From NCBI GenBank assembly GCA_964530325.1, contig CAZHAX010000001.1, positions 186,128 through 250,127 of the forward strand: a DNA stretch of 64,000 nt. The letters are read 5' to 3'. The number at the start of each line of letters is the position of its first letter. The stretch's first letter is position 1. Shown one piece after another: positions 37,373 to 48,929 of this stretch. The notes beneath the pieces were generated by a model that saw nothing but the letters and a program-made list of their open reading frames with translations, searched no databases and had not been told where the DNA came from. Source of the stretch: an uncultured Anaerolineales bacterium. Lineage in GTDB: Bacteria > Chloroflexota > Anaerolineae > B4-G1. The position numbers were made by a program, and so were the translations under genes.

Positions 37373-38719
37373 ATGAGCGAAGGGCGCACTAGCGTGGAAC
37401 AAGAGCGAATCAAGGTACTGATAGTCGACGACATCGGGGAGACCCGGGAGAACCTGCGTAAACTGCTGTCGTTCGATCCCGGCATCGAAGTGGTCGGTGC
37501 GGCGGCGTCCGGGCCTGAAGGCATCGAGATGGCCAAGGAGTTCCTGCCGCATATCGTGCTGATGGACATTAATATGCCGGACATGGACGGCATAGCGGCC
37601 ACGGAGGCGCTGCTGCAGGAAGTGCCCAACGCCCAGGTGGTTATCGTCTCCGTTCAGGGCGAGACGGACTACGTGCGCCGGGCCATGCTCGCCGGTGCGC
37701 GCGATTTTCTGACGAAGCCGCCCAGCGGTGACGAGCTCATGAGCACCATCCGGCGCGTGCACGAGAAGGGCCGCTCGCGGCGGGAGATGGTTCCTGCCGA
37801 AGCTACTGCCGATGGCCAGCGCAAGCAGAAGGCGGCGCCGAAGGAGGATGCGCGCGGCGACGTGATCGCTGTATTCGGTCCCAAGGGCGGCGTGGGCTGC
37901 ACCACAATCGCCGTCAATCTGGCGATCGCAATGCAGGAGATGGCCGGAGATGGCGGGAAGGTCGCGCTGATAGACACCAGCCTTCAGTTTGGAGACGTGG
38001 GGGTAATGCTCAACCTGAGGGCGAATCGCAGCATAGCTGATCTGGCTGACGAGATACTAGAGGTGGACAGCGACTTGCTCAGCAGCGTCATGACCGCCCA
38101 CGGCTCCGGGATCAAGGTCTTGCTCGCCCCGCCTCACCCGGAGGCTGCGGAGAGCCTAATCTCAGGCACTGCCGGCGAGCGTGCGGGAGGAGACCGCAAG
38201 CTGAAGCGAATACTGGAGGTGGCGAAGCGCGAGTTCAACACTGTGGTCGTGGACACCTGGAGCTGGCTTGACGACAACGCCCTGACCGTCTTCGACGTAG
38301 CCTCGCTGATCGTTCTGGTTGTGGATCCGTCGATACCGGCGATCAAGAGCGCCCGCCTCCTGCTGGAGGTGGCCGGCAAGCTCGACTACCCCATGGCCAA
38401 GATCGCGCTGATCGTCAACGGAGCGGGCAAACGCTCGTTGGTTCGCCGTGAGCAGATAGAGCAGGCCTTGATCCCGGTGATGGCAGAAATACCTGTGGAC
38501 GAGCAGGCTGCCGAGGAGGCGGCGAACCGCGGTGTTCCGCTGCTGATGCGCGATAGGAGCCGGCCCATCTGTCAGAGCCTAATGGAACTGGCGTCTAAGA
38601 TCCAAGAGCGGCTCGCGGTGCCGGAGGAAGCCGAAGATACCGAAGAGGCGATTCCGTCGGCGCTGAAGGGGTCTGGAGGCACAGGCCTGCTCCGGTTGAG
38701 AAAGGTCTTCGAGAAGTAG
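37373..38719 (+). CDS. cpaE: CpaE/TadZ pilus assembly ATPase (N-terminal receiver domain + MinD/ParA-like P-loop ATPase)
   Basis: IKVLIVDDIGETRENLRKLL...IVLMDINMPDMDG is the REC domain. VIAVFGPKGGVGCTTIAVNLA is the deviant Walker A of MinD/ParA/CpaE. Confidence 0.85.
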   Translation: MSEGRTSVEQERIKVLIVDDIGETRENLRKLLSFDPGIEVVGAAASGPEGIEMAKEFLPHIVLMDINMPDMDGIAATEALLQEVPNAQVVIVSVQGETDYVRRAMLAGARDFLTKPPSGDELMSTIRRVHEKGRSRREMVPAEATADGQRKQKAAPKEDARGDVIAVFGPKGGVGCTTIAVNLAIAMQEMAGDGGKVALIDTSLQFGDVGVMLNLRANRSIADLADEILEVDSDLLSSVMTAHGSGIKVLLAPPHPEAAESLISGTAGERAGGDRKLKRILEVAKREFNTVVVDTWSWLDDNALTVFDVASLIVLVVDPSIPAIKSARLLLEVAGKLDYPMAKIALIVNGAGKRSLVRREQIEQALIPVMAEIPVDEQAAEEAANRGVPLLMRDRSRPICQSLMELASKIQERLAVPEEAEDTEEAIPSALKGSGGTGLLRLRKVFEK

Positions 38720-38849
38720 CCTTGCTGCACAGGCGAAGCGCTGGGCGTGTACGAAGTGCAGGAAGACGATGAACTGGATCCGACCCGGTCGGACCAATGC
38801 TTGGTTGGTAGATCAGCACTGAGTACGCCCGGGGTGGAGAGGTGAGTGG

Positions 38850-40223
<1,374 letters not shown>

Positions 40224-40306
40224 GCGGCGGGCGGCGTTGAGGCGTGTGCGCACATAGCGCGTGAGAAGCGAGAGACAGACGGCTGGGGTTAGGCAGTAGA
40301 CTGAAC

Positions 40307-41251
40307 ATGTCGATCGTGTACTTCGTTCCGTTGGGTCTCGGTTTCCTTCTGCTTGTCGTCGGCTTTGTGATGTCGCGGCGCTCGTCGAGCTCGCTTATTG
40401 AGGAGCGGCTCGGCATTAGCGATGAGCCGGTCGAGGTCACAGAGGGCGTCAGCAAGCGCAAGTCCCCCGTGGGAGAGGCGCTCACACGCGTGCTAGCCCA
40501 GCGGGGCGTGGGAGCCGGGTTGAGCACGCAGCTCGCACAGGCGGATCTCAAGCTTACCGTCGGCGAGTTCATAGCCGCCACAGTAGTCCTCGTCATTGTC
40601 GCTTCAGCTCTGGCCTTCGTCTTGGCCGGGGACGTTCTGATAGTGGGCGTGGTTGTCCTGGCCGGAATCTTCTTGCCACGCTTCTATCTGAAGAGGTTGC
40701 GTGGCCAACGGCTCAAGAACTTCAACGACCAGTTGGGCGATGCCTTGAACCTGATCGTCAACTCCCTGCGAGCCGGCTACAGCGTCCTGCAGGCCATGGA
40801 ATCGGTGGCCCAGGAGATGGGCCCGCCCATGTCTGTAGAGTTCGGACGGGTGCATCAGGAAGTGCAGCTGGGTCTGACTCTCGAGGATGCGCTGGCACAC
40901 ATGACGCGGCGAATCACCAGTGAAGACCTGGACATGACGGTCACCGCCATAAACGTTCAGCGCGAGGTCGGCGGCAACCTGGCGGAGGTGCTGGACTCGA
41001 TCAGCCATACGATTCGCGAGCGTGTGCGCATTCGGGGTGAGATCCGGGCCCTGACGTCCTACGGTCGCGGAGCGGGTACGATGCTCAGCGCCATACCCAT
41101 CATCCTGTCCGGGTGTATATACACCATTCAGCCGGATTTCATGTCCGCGATGTTCACCCACACATGCGGCTATATCCTCACAGCAGCCGCCGTGTCGGGC
41201 ATCGTCCTTGGCTATGTCATCATCCGCAAGATCGTGAACATCGATATCTAG
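40307..41251 (+). CDS. tadB: Flp pilus assembly membrane protein TadB (GspF-like)
   Basis: Polytopic with T2SSF-like cytoplasmic domain (FNDQLGDALNLIVNSLRAGYSVLQAMESVAQEM). Confidence 0.8.
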   Translation: MSIVYFVPLGLGFLLLVVGFVMSRRSSSSLIEERLGISDEPVEVTEGVSKRKSPVGEALTRVLAQRGVGAGLSTQLAQADLKLTVGEFIAATVVLVIVASALAFVLAGDVLIVGVVVLAGIFLPRFYLKRLRGQRLKNFNDQLGDALNLIVNSLRAGYSVLQAMESVAQEMGPPMSVEFGRVHQEVQLGLTLEDALAHMTRRITSEDLDMTVTAINVQREVGGNLAEVLDSISHTIRERVRIRGEIRALTSYGRGAGTMLSAIPIILSGCIYTIQPDFMSAMFTHTCGYILTAAAVSGIVLGYVIIRKIVNIDI

Positions 41252-41271
41252 CGGGTCGGGGGAATGCTACG

Positions 41272-42222
41272 ATGACTGGTGTGCTGATTGTGGCTGCTCT
41301 AGTCTTGCTGGGCGGCGGCATCGCGGTCGCGGTTGGTCTGTCCCGCTCCCGCGAGCCGGTGACCATAGAGGACCGTATCGCTGAATTCGCCACTCTGGAG
41401 CGGCCGCCCACCTTGGAGGAGCTGGAGCTCTCTGCGCCCTTCTTCGAGCGGGTGCTCATTCCGATGCTCCGATCGATCTCTGAGCTGGTCGGGCGACTCA
41501 CGCCGAGGCAGCAGATCGAGGCGACACAGCACAGTCTGGAACTGGCCGGGTATCCGTACGGGTGGGGCTCCGCTGAGTTTGTCGGCGTTCGGCTGCTGGC
41601 CACGCTGCTGCTGGGCGCGATGGGCGTGGCGCTGTCTGTCCTCGGCCAGGACCTGCAGTTCCTTGTGCGGATCCTGCTGGCCGTGGGTGGTGTCGTGGGC
41701 GGATACTATCTGCCGTCGCTATGGCTCAAGAGCAAGATTAGCCAGCGGCAGCGAGCAGTGATCAGGGCCCTGCCGGATGCGCTCGACCTCCTCACCATCT
41801 GCGTTGAGGCCGGCCTGGGCTTCGATGCTGCCATGGCCAAGGTGGCTGAGAAGTGGGACAATGAGCTGAGTCAGGCCTTCTCACGTGTGATCCAGGAGCT
41901 CCAGTTAGGCAAGCTCAGACGTGAGGCCTTGCGCGATATGGCCGACGGCATGGAAGTGCCGGACATCTCGTCGTTCGTGGCAGCCATCATCCAAGCGGAC
42001 CAGCTTGGCGTCAGCATCGCCCGGGTGCTGCGGATTCAGTCTGACCAGATGCGGGTACGGCGGCGGCAGAGAGCCGAGGAGATGGCTCGTGCAGCGACGC
42101 TCAGGATCCTTCCCCCGGTGGCATTCTTCATCTTCCCTTCGATCTTTGTCGTGCTGCTTGGGCCGCCGATGATCCAGATGTTGACCTCGGACGTAGGTCT
42201 CTTCTCTTTCGGGGGTTTCTAG
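41272..42222 (+). CDS. tadC: Flp pilus assembly membrane protein TadC (GspF-like)
   Basis: T2SSF-like (ALPDALDLLTICVEAGLGFDAAMAKVAE...). ATG at 41272 is the internal Met of the track ORF 41113. Confidence 0.8.
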   Translation: MTGVLIVAALVLLGGGIAVAVGLSRSREPVTIEDRIAEFATLERPPTLEELELSAPFFERVLIPMLRSISELVGRLTPRQQIEATQHSLELAGYPYGWGSAEFVGVRLLATLLLGAMGVALSVLGQDLQFLVRILLAVGGVVGGYYLPSLWLKSKISQRQRAVIRALPDALDLLTICVEAGLGFDAAMAKVAEKWDNELSQAFSRVIQELQLGKLRREALRDMADGMEVPDISSFVAAIIQADQLGVSIARVLRIQSDQMRVRRRQRAEEMARAATLRILPPVAFFIFPSIFVVLLGPPMIQMLTSDVGLFSFGGF

Positions 42223-42257
42223 CTGGGCGTAGCAGCGGGCTATCGGATTTTCCTCAT

Positions 42258-42974
42258 GTGAGCATTCGCTCATCAGGTCCCGCGGGTGGCCGGCAGGCTT
42301 GGAGACGGCTTCTCGATCTGCTGTTTCCCCCTCGCTGTGTGGGTTGCCGGCGTGAAGGCTCTTGGCTCTGTCCCTCCTGCTTGGCACGTATCCCTCGCCT
42401 CGTGCCTCCGCTGTGCACGAGATGCGGCTGTGCGATCGCTGCTCCTGGACTGTGCAGCCGCTGCGCGAGCGATCCCCCGACGATCGAGCGCCTCCGGTCC
42501 GTGTTCTACTTCGAACGGGAGCTGCGCGGGGCGATGCACAGACTGAAGTACAGAGGCCAGACCGCTCTGGCCGTGCCGTTGGGCAAGGAGATGGCTGCGT
42601 ACTGGCTGGGTGATCCTCTCCCGGTCGACGTGATCGTGCCGGTACCCCTGCATGCCTCGCGCCTTCGTGAGCGCGGGCACAATCAGGCCAGCCTCCTGGC
42701 CCGCGAAATGGCCCGTGCAGCGCGAATGCATGTGGATGAACACATACTCGTCCGTACTAGGGCAACCGTTTCGCAGGTGGGTTTGAATGCCAGCGAGCGC
42801 AAGGACAACGTCGACGGTGCCTTTCGCTGCTGCGACGGCGGACTGGCCGGCATGCATGTACTGCTCATCGATGACGTCTGCACTACGGGCGCCACGATGG
42901 ACGCGGCCGCGAAAGCGCTCGTCAACGGCGGCGTAGCCAGGGTGCAGGGCCTGACGCTGGCCCGCGCCCGCTAG
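42258..42974 (+). CDS. comFC: ComF-family protein (ComFC: N-terminal 4-Cys zinc finger + phosphoribosyltransferase domain)
   Basis: CVGCRREGSWLCPSC...CTRCGC...CSRC, then PRTase motif VLLIDDVCTTGATM. Confidence 0.8.
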   Translation: MSIRSSGPAGGRQAWRRLLDLLFPPRCVGCRREGSWLCPSCLARIPRLVPPLCTRCGCAIAAPGLCSRCASDPPTIERLRSVFYFERELRGAMHRLKYRGQTALAVPLGKEMAAYWLGDPLPVDVIVPVPLHASRLRERGHNQASLLAREMARAARMHVDEHILVRTRATVSQVGLNASERKDNVDGAFRCCDGGLAGMHVLLIDDVCTTGATMDAAAKALVNGGVARVQGLTLARAR

Positions 42975-43020
42975 CAGCGTTGATATGAAACTCGCTGATA
43001 GGATGCAATGAGGAGGTGTC

Positions 43021-43557
43021 ATGGAGGTCTCGATATCTGCCCGCAACTTGGAGATCACCCCCCGGCTGCGAGAATACGTCGAGAGCAAGGTCAGCAAGCT
43101 TGATCGCTACCTGCCCTACATAGATGATGCTCGAGTGGATCTGAGAGTCGAGAATACCCGCAGCGCGGAAGATCGGCAGGTGGCTCAGCTCACCGTCCGC
43201 GCCCGGGGCACGATTCTGAGGGCTGAAGAGCGCTCCGGCGATATGTTCGCTTCGATCGATGCAGTGCTGGACAAGACCTACCGCCAGATCGCACGCTACA
43301 AGGGCAAGCAGCACGATCGCTGGCACGGTGTGGGAGAAGAGCCGCCGGTCGACGAATCGGTCGAGGAGGCCGCAGGGGAGATCGTACGGGTCAAGCGTTT
43401 CGAGGTTCGGCCCATGTCGCCCGCCGAGGCGATTGAACAGATGGAGCTGCTCGGCCACGTGTTCTTCCTGTTCCTCAATTCGGAGGAGGAGGCCGTCAGC
43501 GTGGTCTACAAGAGACGTGATGGAGACTATGGTCTACTGGTACCGGAGATGGCCTGA
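43021..43557 (+). CDS. hpf: Ribosome hibernation-promoting factor, long form
   Basis: MEVSISARNLEITPRLREYVESKVSKLDRY (RaiA/HPF N-domain) plus C-terminal dimerisation domain (VRVKRFEVRPMSPAEAIEQMELLGHVFFLF). Confidence 0.85.
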   Translation: MEVSISARNLEITPRLREYVESKVSKLDRYLPYIDDARVDLRVENTRSAEDRQVAQLTVRARGTILRAEERSGDMFASIDAVLDKTYRQIARYKGKQHDRWHGVGEEPPVDESVEEAAGEIVRVKRFEVRPMSPAEAIEQMELLGHVFFLFLNSEEEAVSVVYKRRDGDYGLLVPEMA

Positions 43558-43606
43558 CCAATCCTGGGGCGCGGCGCTCTTGGCAGCAGTGTAGCTGAGG
43601 GATCTG

Positions 43607-44713
43607 GTGGCCGGGCAGGTTACAGCATTCGTCTTCGCCGGGGGATGGGGGCCCAGCGAGCCGGAGCAGGGTTTGCGGCAGGCGCATCAGGCGGCTGGCT
43701 GCGATCTGGTCTGCACCCTGCTCGGGACCGGGCTCGTCGGGCGAGTCATAGTCGCCACTGACAGGGCCTGGGACTGCGCCTGCGGCGACTCTCCTGCGGA
43801 GATCGACATCGACCTCTCCGGCACTCCCTTCCACTTCGGCCGGAGACTCGCAGCGTTGATCGAGCGGTATGGGGGCGAGCGAGTGCTCTACGCCGGGGCG
43901 GGATCAGCGCCGCTCTTGGGCGCGGATCAGTGGCAGGATGTTCTGTTCAGGCTGACCGAGGCGGACGGGATCGTGCTGGCCAACAATCTCCACTCCTGCG
44001 ACTGGGCCGGGTTCACAGCGGGAGCGGCAGCTGTCAGCCGGCTGGGAACACTGGGTACCGACAACGGGCTGGCCTGGACACTTGTACACGACGCAGATCT
44101 CAAGGGAGAGGATCTGCCCGCGTCCGCCGCCACCAGATTCGACCTGGACACCCCTGCCGATCTCCTCGTGGCGCGCTTCCACAATGGGGTGGGCGCAGAA
44201 CTGCGTGCCTACCTGGACCAGCTGGAATGGGACGGCTCGACCGTACAGCGCCTGGCGGCGGCGATGAAGCGGGAGGGCGGCGGGCTGGCGGTAGTCGGAC
44301 GTACGTCGTCCGCGGCCTGGGCAGCGCTGGAACGGGCGACCCGGTGCTGGGTGCGCGTATTCGCTGAGGAGCGTGGGATGCGGGCCAGCGGCAGGCAAGA
44401 GCGTGGGGAGGTCGGTTCACTCGTCTCTGACTACCTTGCGCTGGTTGGCCCCGAGCGGTTGTTCGGCCGCTTGTCTGTACTGGCTGATGGAGTGATAATG
44501 GATAGCCGCGTAGTGCTCGCTGCACAGGGGCTGTGGCCTTCGACCTGCGACCGCTTCAATTCTGATCTACTCAGGTGGCAGGAGGTCGTTGAGCCTCTTC
44601 TACGCCGGTTCACACAGGCGGCAGCGCAGGCGCAGGTACCGGTGCTGCTTGGCGGGCAGACCGTGGTCTCTGGCGGACTGATGGCCTTGGCCGAGGCTGT
44701 CGGTCCATCCTAG
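43607..44713 (+). CDS. Hypothetical protein
   Basis: Long ORF with protein-like composition. N-terminus AFVFAGGWG is vaguely nucleotidyltransferase-like. No confident family. Confidence 0.45.
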   Translation: MAGQVTAFVFAGGWGPSEPEQGLRQAHQAAGCDLVCTLLGTGLVGRVIVATDRAWDCACGDSPAEIDIDLSGTPFHFGRRLAALIERYGGERVLYAGAGSAPLLGADQWQDVLFRLTEADGIVLANNLHSCDWAGFTAGAAAVSRLGTLGTDNGLAWTLVHDADLKGEDLPASAATRFDLDTPADLLVARFHNGVGAELRAYLDQLEWDGSTVQRLAAAMKREGGGLAVVGRTSSAAWAALERATRCWVRVFAEERGMRASGRQERGEVGSLVSDYLALVGPERLFGRLSVLADGVIMDSRVVLAAQGLWPSTCDRFNSDLLRWQEVVEPLLRRFTQAAAQAQVPVLLGGQTVVSGGLMALAEAVGPS

Positions 44714-44864
44714 CCGGCAGGTCGCGCAGATCGTCGGGCTCCGCAGACGCCAGCTTATGGCCTGGCTCGTTGGCCTGTTGCAGTACGCCCGGGAGCGGGC
44801 CAGCGGGGTGCGGCGGATGGTGGGAAGCCGTTCGCTCTCTGGCCGTCACATCAAGCGTGTATTC

Positions 44865-45632
44865 ATGAAGAACCGGGACATGCTAGAGACGGCAGTTGCC
44901 GCAGCCCGGAAGGGGGGCCTGCGGCTGGCCGAGCTGTTGCCGGGCAGGCGGGACATTCGCTTGAAGGGAGCCCGCGACGTGGTCACGGACGCGGATCTGG
45001 AGGCGGAGGAAACTGTCCTTGAGGTGATTCGCCGCGATTTCCCCGACCACGCCATCGTATCAGAGGAAGGGGGTTCTGGCGGCGATGGATCGCGCTACAC
45101 CTGGCTGGTGGACCCGCTGGATGGAACGAGGAACTACGCTCACCGGCTACCGTTCTTTGCAGCTTCCGTCGCCGCTCTCGAGGCGCAGGAGCCGATCGCA
45201 GGCGCTGTGTTCGATCCTCTTCGTGATCACATGTTCTCCGCCCTCCGAGATGGGGGGGCACGGCTCAATGGTGGGCCACTCCAGGTCAGCAGCGTAGAGG
45301 CTCTGGGTGATGCCCTGGTGGGTGTGGACTGGGGCCGTCGCGACCGCGATCGCGACACAGCGTTCGACATGGTGGGCCGCCTGTTGCCACGCTGCGCGTC
45401 GCTGCGGGCGATGGGGTCGGCGGCGCTCGCGCTGGCCTACGTTGCTGCCGGGTGGCTCGATGCCTACATCGGCCTGAGCGTCAAACCCTGGGATGTCGCT
45501 GCCGGCTCGCTTGTTGTTGTCGAGGCCGGGGGAGAGTGTACTACGCAGAGCGGCAACCCGTATCAGCCCGCTCTGGGCGGCTGCGTGGCAAGCAACGGCC
45601 GCGTCCACCGCGAGCTGCTGGACCTGCTGTGA
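44865..45632 (+). CDS. Inositol monophosphatase family protein
   Basis: WLVDPLDGTRNY and VDWGRRD-like motifs (IMPase/FIG). Start at the internal Met (MKNRDMLETAVAAARKGG). Confidence 0.8.
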   Translation: MKNRDMLETAVAAARKGGLRLAELLPGRRDIRLKGARDVVTDADLEAEETVLEVIRRDFPDHAIVSEEGGSGGDGSRYTWLVDPLDGTRNYAHRLPFFAASVAALEAQEPIAGAVFDPLRDHMFSALRDGGARLNGGPLQVSSVEALGDALVGVDWGRRDRDRDTAFDMVGRLLPRCASLRAMGSAALALAYVAAGWLDAYIGLSVKPWDVAAGSLVVVEAGGECTTQSGNPYQPALGGCVASNGRVHRELLDLL

Positions 45633-45745
45633 AGTTGGCCATCTGAGTCTGGGCTGGCGCGACTTGCTCGCCACGGAGCCTTGGAGTATAATCGCCACAC
45701 TCCTGCAGCCGGTCTGAGCACCACTGATCACGGAGAAGAGCACAT

Positions 45746-46447
45746 TTGGCCCCAGTCCACACCATCTTGCTCGTGGAAGGCAGAAAGCCGACTTCAGCTC
45801 AGCAGGCACCGCTTCTCAACGACCGCGGGGTGCGAGTGGCGACGGCCTGCACCAGGAGGGAGGCGTGGGCCAGGGCCCTCAAAGGGAAGCCTTCCGTGAT
45901 CGTGCTGGACTCCCCGTCTCTGCGCTTCGACTGCCCTCGCTTCTGTGAGTCGCTCCGCAAGGAGGGTATTGAGATCCCCGTGCTGATGCTTCTGCCAGCG
46001 GGGCAGAAGGCTGACCGCAGTCTTGGCGCTCGGGCGTATCTCTCGTACCCTTTCTCTCCGAGGCGGCTCGTGAACAAGATAGTGCGCCTGCTCCCGTCGC
46101 CTGATGACGAGATGATTCAGCTGGGCGACATAGCGCTGAATCTCAAGAAGAGGAACGTCGTCCGGGGTAGGCGAGAGACACATCTGACGCCCAGACAGGC
46201 TAGTCTGCTGGAGGTCTTCATGAAGCACCCCGGGGACGTGCTTACCAGGGCCTACCTCATGAAGCATGTCTGGGATACCGACTACGTAGAAGATACGCGC
46301 ACTCTGGACGTACACGTCCACTGGGTGCGCAAGGCGATCGAAGACGATCCCCGAGCCCCCAAGTGCCTGCGCACGGTGCGCGGGGTGGGCTATCGGCTGG
46401 CAGTTGAAGAAGGGAAAGAGAAGCGGAGGCGTACCAAGAGCAGCTGA
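45746..46447 (+). CDS. OmpR/PhoB-family winged-helix regulator with degenerate receiver domain
   Basis: C-terminal LTPRQASLLEVFMKHPGDVLTRAYLMKHVW...LDVHVHWVRKAI...LRTVRGVGYRL is the trans_reg_C domain. The N-terminal REC-like region is poorly conserved. Confidence 0.65.
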   Translation: MAPVHTILLVEGRKPTSAQQAPLLNDRGVRVATACTRREAWARALKGKPSVIVLDSPSLRFDCPRFCESLRKEGIEIPVLMLLPAGQKADRSLGARAYLSYPFSPRRLVNKIVRLLPSPDDEMIQLGDIALNLKKRNVVRGRRETHLTPRQASLLEVFMKHPGDVLTRAYLMKHVWDTDYVEDTRTLDVHVHWVRKAIEDDPRAPKCLRTVRGVGYRLAVEEGKEKRRRTKSS

Positions 46448-46530
46448 CGGCCCCGGTCTTCTGTGTCTACGGCGCTGACCCCAAGTCGGCCGCGGTGTGG
46501 TCACAGCGGGAGATGCTCGGCAAAACAGAG

Positions 46531-46558
46531 GCCCGTCCTGTAGCCAGGACGGGCTTTG
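46531..46558. terminator. Bidirectional rho-independent terminator between convergent genes
   Basis: aaaacagag gcccgtcctg tagc caggacgggc tttgta: perfect 10-bp stem flanked by an A-tract and a T-tract. Confidence 0.6.
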
Positions 46559-46605
46559 TACTCAGTTCGCGAGCCTTGGCGGGCAAGCCAGGGGGGCGAA
46601 CGAAC

Positions 46606-47037
46606 TCAGCACAGGGTTGCTCTTATCAATGCCACCGCCCGGCTCGTCACCCGGCGGTACGATGTTCCTGGTGGGATGCTGGCGATCAGGATCAAGTTCT
46701 CACCGTCCAGGCTGATCTCGCGGCAGACCAGTCGCGCGCCATCGCTGGTGCGTAGCGTCACTTCGTCCACGTCGGCCAGCCCCAACTGCTTCTGTGCCTC
46801 GCTGCCGGCCTTCCGCAGAACTGCTATTAGAGCCGCCGTCGTGTCGCTGCTGTACTCGGCGGGAACGGTGGCTATCGGCAGGCCCTTGGAGGAGGCCAGC
46901 ACCACGGCGCGGAAACCGCCTTCCGCGTAAGCGGCGGCCAGGGCCTCGTCCAGGGAAACTGGCTGCGACCTCTTGCCTTTCGTTCTCCTAGCGCTCATTT
47001 GCAGGACCTCCTGTGGTGTCACGTCGCTCTGTCGCAC
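46606..47037 (-). CDS. Roadblock/LC7 domain protein (MglB-like), immediately downstream of mglA
   Basis: GFRAVVLASSKGLPIATVPAEYSSDTTAALIAVL...ENLILIASIP is the Roadblock signature. 5-nt gap to mglA. Confidence 0.7.
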   Translation of the reverse strand: MRQSDVTPQEVLQMSARRTKGKRSQPVSLDEALAAAYAEGGFRAVVLASSKGLPIATVPAEYSSDTTAALIAVLRKAGSEAQKQLGLADVDEVTLRTSDGARLVCREISLDGENLILIASIPPGTSYRRVTSRAVALIRATLC

Positions 47038-47041
47038 CTGA

Positions 47042-47626
47042 CTACAGCTGCCTCTGAGCCTTGGCCACGACCAGGTTGATGATCGCCTTCAAGGTCTCGA
47101 AGACGCCCGTGCCCTCCGTAGCCACCGATTCCAAGCACGGCACTCCGTTGAAGCTGAGCTGCTGCTGCATCACGTGGACGGGCACGATGTCCAGCAGATC
47201 CCGCTTGTTGCACTGCAGCACGAGGGGCATGGTTCTGGAATCGCAGCCCAGATCCATCAGGTTCTCGTCCATATTGCGGCGCATATCGACATTGGCCCGC
47301 TCCCGATCCTGCTGGGAGTCGGCGACGAACACAATCCCGTCTGCCCCTTGCAGTACCAGCTTCCGGCTGCCTACGTAGTAGACCTGCCCTGGCACTGTGT
47401 ACAGATTGAAGCGCGGCTTGAGCCCGGCGATCTGGCCCAGCTCCAGCTGCAGAAAGTCGAAGTAGATGGTACGGTCGCCGCGCGTCTTGAGCGACACCAA
47501 CTCGCCCCGGATCTTGGGGCTTGTCTTCAGGTGGATGTACTGCAGGTTCGTCGTCTTGCCGCTGAGTGCGGGCCCGTAGTACACGATCTTGAGGTTGATC
47601 TCACGCAGCTTCCAGTTGATGAACAT
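47042..47626 (-). CDS. mglA: MglA-family Ras-like small GTPase
   Basis: [32 protein letters not shown]...[13 protein letters not shown]...YTVPGQVYY...QCNKRDL is near-collinear with M. xanthus MglA ([49 protein letters not shown]). Confidence 0.9.
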   Translation of the reverse strand: [194 protein letters not shown]

Positions 47627-47641
47627 TGGCCGTGTCCGGTT

Positions 47642-48130
47642 CTAGAGCCCGCCGAATTCCTCTTCCAGCGCGCTGGCCAGAGCTGCGCCGAAGTCCGCAC
47701 CTGGCCCATCCTGCGTGGAGACCAACATCTGCTCGAATCCCTCTGTCAACTCGTGCAGCTCGGTTGCCGCCCGTCCGGCGAAGAGCCTGACCAGGCCCAC
47801 CAACGTATCCGAGCTGAAGATAACAACCAGTATGAAGGTCCCTCCCACGTTGTACAAGTAGATGTTGTGCTTCTCTCCTTCGTGGAGAAAGGCCCCGCTG
47901 GGCTGCTCTTCTCCGATCAGCCTGTTCAGCTCGGCCGTTGCCGCCAGATCACCGGCCGCCAGGGCGGCGACAAGCGTTGGATCGGTCTCCAGTCTGCCCT
48001 GGGCGGCGACCAGCCGGCCTGTGATGTCCGCGAGCAGGACGCATTCGGCGCTCGTCTTCTCGCGCAGATGCGCCATTACTCGCTCAATCCGATCTGACAT
48101 CTCCTCTGGCAGCGCGAAGTCGCTCGTCAC
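47642..48130 (-). CDS. Roadblock/LC7 domain protein
   Basis: ECVLLADITGRLVAAQG...HNIYLYNVGGTFILVVIFS is the Roadblock fold pattern. Confidence 0.65.
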   Translation of the reverse strand: MTSDFALPEEMSDRIERVMAHLREKTSAECVLLADITGRLVAAQGRLETDPTLVAALAAGDLAATAELNRLIGEEQPSGAFLHEGEKHNIYLYNVGGTFILVVIFSSDTLVGLVRLFAGRAATELHELTEGFEQMLVSTQDGPGADFGAALASALEEEFGGL

Positions 48131-48260
48131 GTGAGTACCTCGATTCTCGGTGCTGTACCGGTGGGTTGTGCGACGCGCGGCGGCAGTTGGGCAGTTCGTT
48201 ACCGCCTCCAGCGCGGCCGTTCACTAGCGTCGCTCAGGTGTCAGGGTGCCTAGGCGATCG

Positions 48261-48752
48261 TCAGCGTCTCAGTGTCGACGCCATCATCTCGGCGCGGGTC
48301 ATCCGCCTGCCGTCTTCAGGCCCGGAGCCGTCGTCCTGCTCCGCCTTCGCGGCTGCTGCAGCCGGCGCCGGCGTCGCAGCTACTGGAGCTCCGCTCAGGT
48401 CGATCTCCTTGATGCGCTGGCGCAGCTTGCCCACAGCCACGTCCGCCGTGAGGTTCAGCAGCGGCACGTTGATGCGCCGAACGCATATAATCCCGAGCAC
48501 GCCGCCTTCGGACCCAAGCCCTTTGACGATCAGGCGGCTGTCGGCGTACAGCAGGTCGATGTCGCCAACCTTTCTGCGCCGGGCAGTGTGCAGCCCGGCA
48601 ACGGTCTGCGCCATCGTGCGCGCCACAGGCGATAGGACGGCGTCGTCAAAGACCTCCGGGAGGGCCCTGGCGAGCATTTCCCCATCGCTGTCGCAGACGA
48701 ACGAGCCGGTCACTCCGACAACGGCATTGACGTCCTGCAGTATTTCTTCCAT
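48261..48752 (-). CDS. Roadblock/LC7 domain protein, CxC/LNLTA subfamily (paralog of 4579..5238)
   Basis: MEEILQDVNAVVGVTGSFVCDSDGEMLARALP...GIICVRRINVPLLNLTADVAVGKL. Start at the internal Met (48752). Confidence 0.65.
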   Translation of the reverse strand: MEEILQDVNAVVGVTGSFVCDSDGEMLARALPEVFDDAVLSPVARTMAQTVAGLHTARRRKVGDIDLLYADSRLIVKGLGSEGGVLGIICVRRINVPLLNLTADVAVGKLRQRIKEIDLSGAPVAATPAPAAAAAKAEQDDGSGPEDGRRMTRAEMMASTLRR

Positions 48753-48929
48753 CACACTAACCTCCACTGCCAACTCGTGAGACCTGCACGCCACCGGACG
48801 CTACGTTGTGGGCGGATGCCCTCCAGGCGACACGGGTCCCAGCAGTATCCGCCTGGCTCGATCCTCGCGGTCGGTCCTGAACCTGCTCGACGCTCCACGT
48901 CCGTTCTCTGCGCTGACAACTGCACGCTG

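Noticed and set aside
43607-44713. Calling this protein a nucleotidyltransferase (MobA/CofC-like)
   Set aside because: Only a weak FAGG-like N-terminal resemblance and no clear Walker or G-rich loop. Left as hypothetical.
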